A stretch of DNA of 45,034 nt, from positions 1-45,034 of the forward strand of contig OY253691.1 in the NCBI GenBank assembly GCA_958009085.1. The letters are read 5' to 3'. Of the stretch, positions 39,005 through 45,034 are shown piece by piece; position 1 is the first letter of the stretch, and the number at the start of each line of letters is the position of its first letter. Source of the DNA: Protoeuglena noctilucae (lineage: Eukaryota). The notes beneath the pieces were generated by a model that searched no databases, was not told the DNA's origin, and worked only from the letters and a program-made list of their open reading frames with translations. Position numbers and translations under genes: made by a program.

Positions 39005-40457
39005 CTTCCAATCTAGGAATGAAATCCACGAAAAAAGAAATTACTCGCAGGGGAAAGGTTTTGATGTTCCTCTTCGAGTTCTTAGCCCTCTTCGAGTACG
39101 TCCTCCTCTTAGATGCAAACAAACGTACGAACGATCTTCCTATGCTGAACAGCATAGGACTAAAACTCTCATTGTGGTAAGAATGAGATTTCCTCTTCTT
39201 TGGAGAAGAAATCATCAAGTTGGAGCGATCACCATCTTCGGTCAACCTATTCTTCTGGATGGCCTGAGACATTGGTTTCTACTTCTGACAAGTTTTCTAA
39301 TGCCGTTTACTTTTCTGATTGGAGTGAATCGAGAACAGTATTCTATACTTGCCAGAAATCTTTTTCTGGTGGAAAGAACTCTTCTTAGAAGATTTGTAGT
39401 TACTGAACTTCTAACCTTTTATATTCTTTTCGAAAGAGTGCTTATGCCTCTTTTTCTTCTAGTAATTGTGTATGGATCGCGCGCTCGTCGAATTCGAGCT
39501 GCATTTCAGTTTTTTCTTTATACAGTAGTATTTTCTCTTTTTCTACTTGTAAGATGTGTCTGGCTTCAAGCTTACTTTGGTACCACCGATTGGCGGGTTC
39601 TAAGCTGTCAGACTTTTTCAGGTTTTCAAGAAGGACTTCTGTTTCTTGCTCTTTTTACAAGACTAGCAGTAAAAGTACCAATGATGCCTCTTCACCTATG
39701 GCTTCCCGAAGCACACACTGAAGCTTCCACAGAAGGATCGGTGATTCTTGCAGGAGTTCTTCTGAAACTAGGAACCTATGGAATTCTACGTTTCCTTCTT
39801 CCCATGTTTTCGTGGGCTAGAGCCCAAAGAGCTCCTCTAGCCATCACTCTTAGTATTCTGAGAGTTCTCAGAGCAGCTCTCACCTGTATTCGTCAAGCGG
39901 ATCTTAAGAAACTCATTGCCTATTCGTCAGTTTCGCATATGGGACTTGTAACTCTTGGTCTGTTTAGAGGAAATCTTTCAGGACAAGTCGGTAGAACTTT
40001 TCTCATGCTGACTCATGGAATTGTTAGTCCAGCCCTATTTCTTAGAGTTGGTCTTCTCTATGAACGATTTGGAACTCGAATTCTTGATGTTTACGGCGGG
40101 GTGGCTCTAAGAATGCCTCTGTTTAGAATTTTTTGGGCTATTTCACTCTTCTCTAATATGGCTATTCCAGGAACCGCAAGTTTTCCTGCTGAATTTCTTA
40201 TTCTTCTCGGATCGTTTCAAGAAGCTAAACTAGTTACTAGTCTAAGGGCTATTGGAATGGTCCTAACGGCGGTGTATAGAGTTCGTCTGTATACTCTTGT
40301 ACTCGGCGGAGGTCTGAAACCACACATGACAGCTGCTGCTGATCTTAATCGTCGTGAAAGTTTTCTGAGTGTTCCTTTTATCATTCTCATGCTTTGGAGA
40401 GGTATGAGACCAATGTCTGTTCTAGAATCGCTAGAAACTATTCTTTATTTTTTTTAA
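38985..40457 (+). CDS. nad4: NADH dehydrogenase subunit 4 (start uncertain: 38985 or 39183)
   Basis: KVPMMPLHLWLPEAHTEASTEGSVILAGVLLKLGTYG, IAYSSVSHMG. Confidence 0.92.
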   Translation: MQKFFTSFQSRNEIHEKRNYSQGKGFDVPLRVLSPLRVRPPLRCKQTYERSSYAEQHRTKTLIVVRMRFPLLWRRNHQVGAITIFGQPILLDGLRHWFLLLTSFLMPFTFLIGVNREQYSILARNLFLVERTLLRRFVVTELLTFYILFERVLMPLFLLVIVYGSRARRIRAAFQFFLYTVVFSLFLLVRCVWLQAYFGTTDWRVLSCQTFSGFQEGLLFLALFTRLAVKVPMMPLHLWLPEAHTEASTEGSVILAGVLLKLGTYGILRFLLPMFSWARAQRAPLAITLSILRVLRAALTCIRQADLKKLIAYSSVSHMGLVTLGLFRGNLSGQVGRTFLMLTHGIVSPALFLRVGLLYERFGTRILDVYGGVALRMPLFRIFWAISLFSNMAIPGTASFPAEFLILLGSFQEAKLVTSLRAIGMVLTAVYRVRLYTLVLGGGLKPHMTAAADLNRRESFLSVPFIILMLWRGMRPMSVLESLETILYFF

Positions 40458-40622
40458 AAAAAAAGCTACTGTATTCCTTACCTAAACAAAGTTTAGTAAC
40501 CTATGTTTCACATTAACCTATGTTTCACATAGCGTAGCATAGGACAATCTCTATTTACTTAGCTTTCTTGTCCTATGCATAGCATAAGAAAGAAAGCTAA
40601 GTAAGTAACGAAATCACCGCAG

Positions 40623-41306
40623 GTGACTGTTTCTTTTCTAAGTAGACTATTCAGAGCACTTACTCTTAGAGCGAGGGTTAGGCTTGTATTTGCTACTCAT
40701 CCTGTAAGTGCAGTAATTTCTCTGGTTCAAGTTTTTGTAGCTAGAGGGGCTTTTCTTAGAACTCTAGGTCTTGATTTTTTCACATTTACTTACATTGTTA
40801 TTTATGTAGGAGCAATTGCGGTTCTTTTTCTCTTTGTTATTATGCTTCTAGATACGAGATCTGAAACCCTCTTCGAGAGCAAGCGAGTTTTCCTCTCCGA
40901 GAATTTCGTGAGTCGAAATTCTCTAGAACTAAATAAAAACTCATATTTTTCTTCTACTATCAGTAATCACTCCTCTGGAAGAATGAGTTTCGTTTTTAGA
41001 AGAAGGAGAAGAAGATTTTTTCTAAGACTGGTATCCGGATTTTCTATTTCTTCCGAACTAGAATATAATGCTGTTGAAGCTTGGAATCTTGAGGAAATCG
41101 ATGTCCTGTCAGTAGGACCAGCACTGGGATTTCATCTATACACAACCCATATTCTCGATTTTCTGCTGAGAGCCATGCTTCTTCTTGTGGCAATTGTTGG
41201 GTCAATTCAGATTTCATTTTTTGGAATGACATTTCAACAAAAGAGAAAATCGCAAACTATTTTTCAGCAAATGGCACGTCAAGAGAGCAAAACCATTCGT
41301 TTTTTG
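40623..41306 (+). CDS. nad6: NADH dehydrogenase subunit 6 (GTG start, TTG stop)
   Basis: HPVSAVISL, IYVGAIAVLFLFVIM, LLVAIVGSI. Confidence 0.88.
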
Positions 41307-41465
41307 TTTTTACTTAAACTTTGTTTAGTAACCTCTAATCACTTACCTATGCAAAGCATAGCAACCTAAACCGAAGGTTTAGGTAGGTAAGTTAGTGAAT
41401 AATGCTGTCCTCTATTCACTTACTTATGCATTCCTATGCTATGCATAGGACAGCATAAGTAAGTA

Positions 41466-41547
41466 AGGGATATGACCGAGTGGTCAAAGGTGAGGGATTG
41501 TAACTCCCTTGAAATTTTCTTCGTGGGTTCGAATCCCGCTGTCCCTA
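41466..41547 (+). tRNA. trnY: tRNA-Tyr(GUA)
   Basis: Stem aggga/tccct, loop tt-GTA-ac, long variable arm. Confidence 0.92.
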
Positions 41548-41885
41548 GAGGAACCCTCTTCGAGTACTTCGTGCTCTTCGAGTTCTTAACCATACATGGT
41601 TATTACTGATTTTTCAAACAAGTAGAAGTTACTTTCGTATAGGGTAATTCACTTACATACTAACTAACTAACCTTTCTTTCAGAAAGGTTAGTAAGAAGA
41701 GGAATAGAATACGGTGTAATATCTATTTACTTACCTACTTAAACCTATGGTTTAGTTACTAACTAACTTACTTACCTATGCTATGTTAACCTAAACTTTG
41801 TTTAGGTAAGTAAGTTAGCGAAGCATCATTCATTTACTTACCTCTCTGAAAGAGAGGTAAGTAAATAAAGACGAATGTCAAAAGG

Positions 41886-41957
41886 TCTTTTCTAGCTCAA
41901 TGGTAGAGCGGCGGACTGTTAATCCGTAGGTTGACGGTTCAATCCCGTCGAAAAGAG
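41886..41957 (+). tRNA. trnN: tRNA-Asn(GUU)
   Basis: Acceptor tcttttc/gaaaaga, loop ct-GTT-aa. Confidence 0.92.
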
Positions 41958-42216
41958 TTTTCCATGAAAAAACACTTGAAAGGACTTATCGCTAGTACGA
42001 GAGGATTGCGATAAAAAAACCACTGGTTTTTCGGCTGTTTTTCCAAAAGCATCGTCGAACAGCTACGTTTTGAAAGGAGAAGAAACGAAGGTTTCGAAAC
42101 CATCCTTAACACAAAGTTTTCTTTTTGTGAAAGATTCTCACATGAATAGGCTGAACGGTTTGGCTATACAAAGTATAGTGAATTTAGCTTGTCAGTACTA
42201 ATTGTCTATTAACTTT
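41958..42216 (+). rRNA. rnl: LSU rRNA 3' fragment, domain VI (3' end approximate)
   Basis: Sarcin-ricin loop AGTACGAGAGGA at 41994-42005 in stem ttatcgc/gcgataa; gaataggct and gtactaat 3'-terminal motifs. Confidence 0.85.
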
Positions 42217-42506
42217 TGTTGTACTTTTAGGTAGGGCGAAGAACTCGAAGAGGAATGAAATACACTCGAAGAGGGCAAATAACTTGAAAAGGGTAACTCG
42301 CTTACATACTTATTTCTATTCACCTGCCTTATCTCTAATCACTAACCTATGCGAAGCATAGGTAAGTGAATGATGTTTCACATAGGTTAGGTAGGCTGCT
42401 ATGCTGTCCTCTATTCACTTACTTACCTATGTTTTGTTTAGGTTAACAAAACATAGGTAAGTAAGTGAATAGAGGTAAAAACCAAATGAAGACTGAAAAA
42501 AGAAAC

Positions 42507-42589
42507 ATGGATATGGCGGAATGGTAGACGTACTAGATTTAGGCTCTAGACTTGAAATAAAGGTGTGGGTTCAAGTCCCACTATCCATA
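42507..42589 (+). tRNA. trnL: tRNA-Leu(UAG)
   Basis: Acceptor atggata/tatccat, loop tt-TAG-gc. Confidence 0.92.
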
Positions 42590-42681
42590 AAAATTATATA
42601 TTATAGAGTGGCCTTACCTCTATTCACTTACTTATGCAAAGCATAAGTAAATGAATAGAGGTAAAATAACTCAAATAAATT

Positions 42682-43428
42682 ATGGACTACGCAATTTGGT
42701 GGCGAAGCACATGGACTTATCTTTTTCAAGACTCAAGATCTCAAATTGCTACTGCAATTACAAATTTTCATTCTGATGTAATGGTAATTATGCTATTTGT
42801 AGTAGGATTTGTACTTTGGATTCTAACTCGAACAAGAATTCTTAGAATGAAAGCTCAACGCACTTACAGAATTACTCACGGTAGAAGAATTGAGATTATC
42901 TGGACTCTTCTTCCAAGACTAGCAGTATCAAGTATTGCTCTACCGTCTTGGACTCTTCTTTATTCAACAGATAGAATTCCAGGAGAAAGAACTAATCCTT
43001 TTGATCTAACCATTAAAGTGACAGGTCGACAATGGTACTGGTGTTACGAATATGGTCTAGATCTAAGAGAAGATGTAGAAAGGCCTAGTTTTGAAAGTTA
43101 TATGACTAGAGAAAGAGATCTCCCACAAGGAGGTCTTCGTCTCCTAGAAGTTGATAATCGAGTGGTTACTCCAAGAAATCGTATGATTCGAGTTCTAGTG
43201 ACTAGAGGCGATGTTATTCATAGTTGGGCAGTACCATCTCTAGGAGTCAAGTGTGACGCTATTCCAGGACGGCTCAATCAAGTGTTTTTTCTTAGAAATC
43301 GAGAAGGTGTTTTTACTGGGCAATGTTCTGAACTTTGTGGAACCTACCACAGATTCATACCAATTGTGGTGGAAAGAATAGGAATGGAGCATGCGCTAGT
43401 GTGGCTTACTGAGAGAATGGATTCGTTA
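42682..43428 (+). CDS. cox2: Cytochrome c oxidase subunit 2 (TTA stop)
   Basis: GRQWYW, RLLEVDN, DVIHSWAVPSLG, GQCSELCG. Confidence 0.95.
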
Positions 43429-43548
43429 GATAGAATGGATTTTGGCACTAGCCTAACCTAAACTTCGTTTAGGTTAGTCAGGTATTCTAGGATAGAACCA
43501 TACCATAACGATTCATCGGAGGACGAGGGGAGCTCGTCGTATGATTCT

Positions 43549-43866
43549 ATGTTTCTAGCCGGGTATCTGGAAATGGCACAATACTATGCTGAGGAGTCAG
43601 CACGACGAGCTGTAGGGCTTCCTCATGCTGAACTAGCCTGGCGGGCGAGGACAGCTGTAACTCATCTGTCACAGCAGCGGCTACATGAGCTAACTGATAT
43701 GCAAGTTAAAGAACTAGTTACTCATGTCGACCTAGCCCTCCGACTGGCGGATCTGGAAGCCTGGGATACCTGGCAAACGATGGCCAATTCTCCCTCGACA
43801 GAGATTAAAGAGGCTAGGAAGGCTTCACTTCAAGGACGGCAACTTCCGCCGCCTGGCAAAAGTTTG
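43549..43866 (+). CDS. Orphan ORF of 105 aa in a GC-richer island (TTG stop)
   Basis: Leu codons are CTN up to TTG at 43864, after which TTA/TTG become frequent. Confidence 0.4.
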
Positions 43867-44194
43867 AGCTCTTTATCCTTAACGAACTCACCATTGACAT
43901 TGAGCTCTGGTAGTTGCTCAAGCTCGGGAAGTGCGTCGAGAGACACGTGTGGTAGCCCGGGAAACCGCGGCTAGCATGGCGGCTTTCACGGCCTGGGGAA
44001 GGGTTGAGACACTCATTGTCCTTAACGCACCTCTATTCACTAACTTACTTACCTTTCTTTCAGTTACTAACCTATGCATTCCTTACCTATAATCACTTAC
44101 CTATGCTTCGTATAGGTAAGTGATTAGAGGTAAGGCAGGTGAATGAAACAAAGTTTAGGTAAAAACCTAAAGACTCTCAAAAAAAAAAATAACT

Positions 44195-44620
44195 ATGGTA
44201 ACTGGAATACAACGAGTTCGAGGAAGACGTAAAATGAAAAAAAAACAAGTAGGAAAACTGACTTATCGAATTCTTGGAGGCTGGACGATTCAGCCGTTTA
44301 AAAATACGATTCTGCATTCTCGCGGATTTCGAAAGGGAATTTGTAGGCGAATTCATACGATAACGCCAAAAAAACCCAATTCAGCTCTGCGAAAAGTAGC
44401 ACGAATTCAACTTCCTGGAGGAGGTCGTGTTATGGCAAGAATTCCAGGAGAAGGTATTCATAATCTTTCGAAATATTCTCTTGTACTTCTCCGCGGAGGT
44501 CGAGTGAAAGATCTTCCAGGGGTTAAATACAAAGTGGTGCGTGGAGTCTATGATTGTCTCCCGATTCAAGGCCGAGTGCTTAGGCGATCCAAATATGGAA
44601 CCAAAAAACCTTCCCACTAA
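44195..44620 (+). CDS. rps12: Ribosomal protein S12
   Basis: [29 protein letters not shown]. Confidence 0.95.
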   Translation: MVTGIQRVRGRRKMKKKQVGKLTYRILGGWTIQPFKNTILHSRGFRKGICRRIHTITPKKPNSALRKVARIQLPGGGRVMARIPGEGIHNLSKYSLVLLRGGRVKDLPGVKYKVVRGVYDCLPIQGRVLRRSKYGTKKPSH

Positions 44621-44705
44621 ACTCTTCCCACGAAACTTCCTTTTCAAGACTCTTCAAAAAAAAGCATTCGTAGGTTCGAAGCCTACGATTCCCGAATAGA
44701 TTCGC

Positions 44706-45008
44706 ATGGAAAAGACTTGGATTTCTTTTTCTGGACGAGGATTTGGGCTCAAACGAATCGTAATCGGAGAAAAAAGACGGCTGTGGTTTAAACTGGGTTA
44801 CAATCGTTGGAAAGAATGGAAACTTCCCAAAGAAGTCAGAGTAATTCTTTTTAAAAAAAAAGAATTTCTCATCCTTGGTCCTAAACCTATGGTTCAAAGT
44901 CATGTGACTCATCTTCAACATCTACGATCTCCGGATATTTATCATAGAAAAGGAATTCATCTCTCTCAACAAATTCTTCGTCGAAAGACTGGTAAAAAAC
45001 AAGCTTAA
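44706..45008 (+). CDS. rpl6: Ribosomal protein L6, short C-terminal-domain form
   Basis: G.G..., KLGY and RSPDIYH(AGA)KGI resembling RPPEPYKGKGI. Confidence 0.75.
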   Translation: MEKTWISFSGRGFGLKRIVIGEKRRLWFKLGYNRWKEWKLPKEVRVILFKKKEFLILGPKPMVQSHVTHLQHLRSPDIYHRKGIHLSQQILRRKTGKKQA

Positions 45009-45034
45009 GATTCACTTTGTTTAGGTAAGTAAAA

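Overview
This window looks like a complete or nearly complete mitochondrial genome, probably from a green alga, with every recognisable gene on the + strand. It encodes cox1-3, cob, nad1-6, nad4L, atp6/8/9, rps12, rpl6, rpl14, rpl16, probable rps7 and tatC, rns, a split rnl, a candidate divergent rrn5, 21 tRNAs plus one disrupted tRNA copy, three group II introns with RT/maturase ORFs, several orphan ORFs and very many short nested palindromes. The main result is a non-standard genetic code, so the supplied ORF track mistranslates most genes. AGA/AGG sit at conserved Ala positions, and a tRNA(UCU) carries the G3:U70 alanine identity pair. TTA/TTG are absent from gene bodies and first appear where proteins should end, so they behave as stop codons. 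No conserved gene needs TGA as a stop. From memory, unverified here, AGR=Ala with UUR=stop has been reported for pedinophyte (Marsupiomonadales) mitochondria, so the code itself may not be new. Features I cannot explain from known patterns: a shared TGATGAAG stop/start cassette at the head of two intron ORFs, a ~190-codon in-frame insertion in atp6, a 14-nt complementary clamp between the two rnl pieces, independent inactivation of both intron HNH domains, a tRNA with a hairpin in its anticodon loop, and repeats recruited into coding sequence. All readings are by eye; no searches were run.
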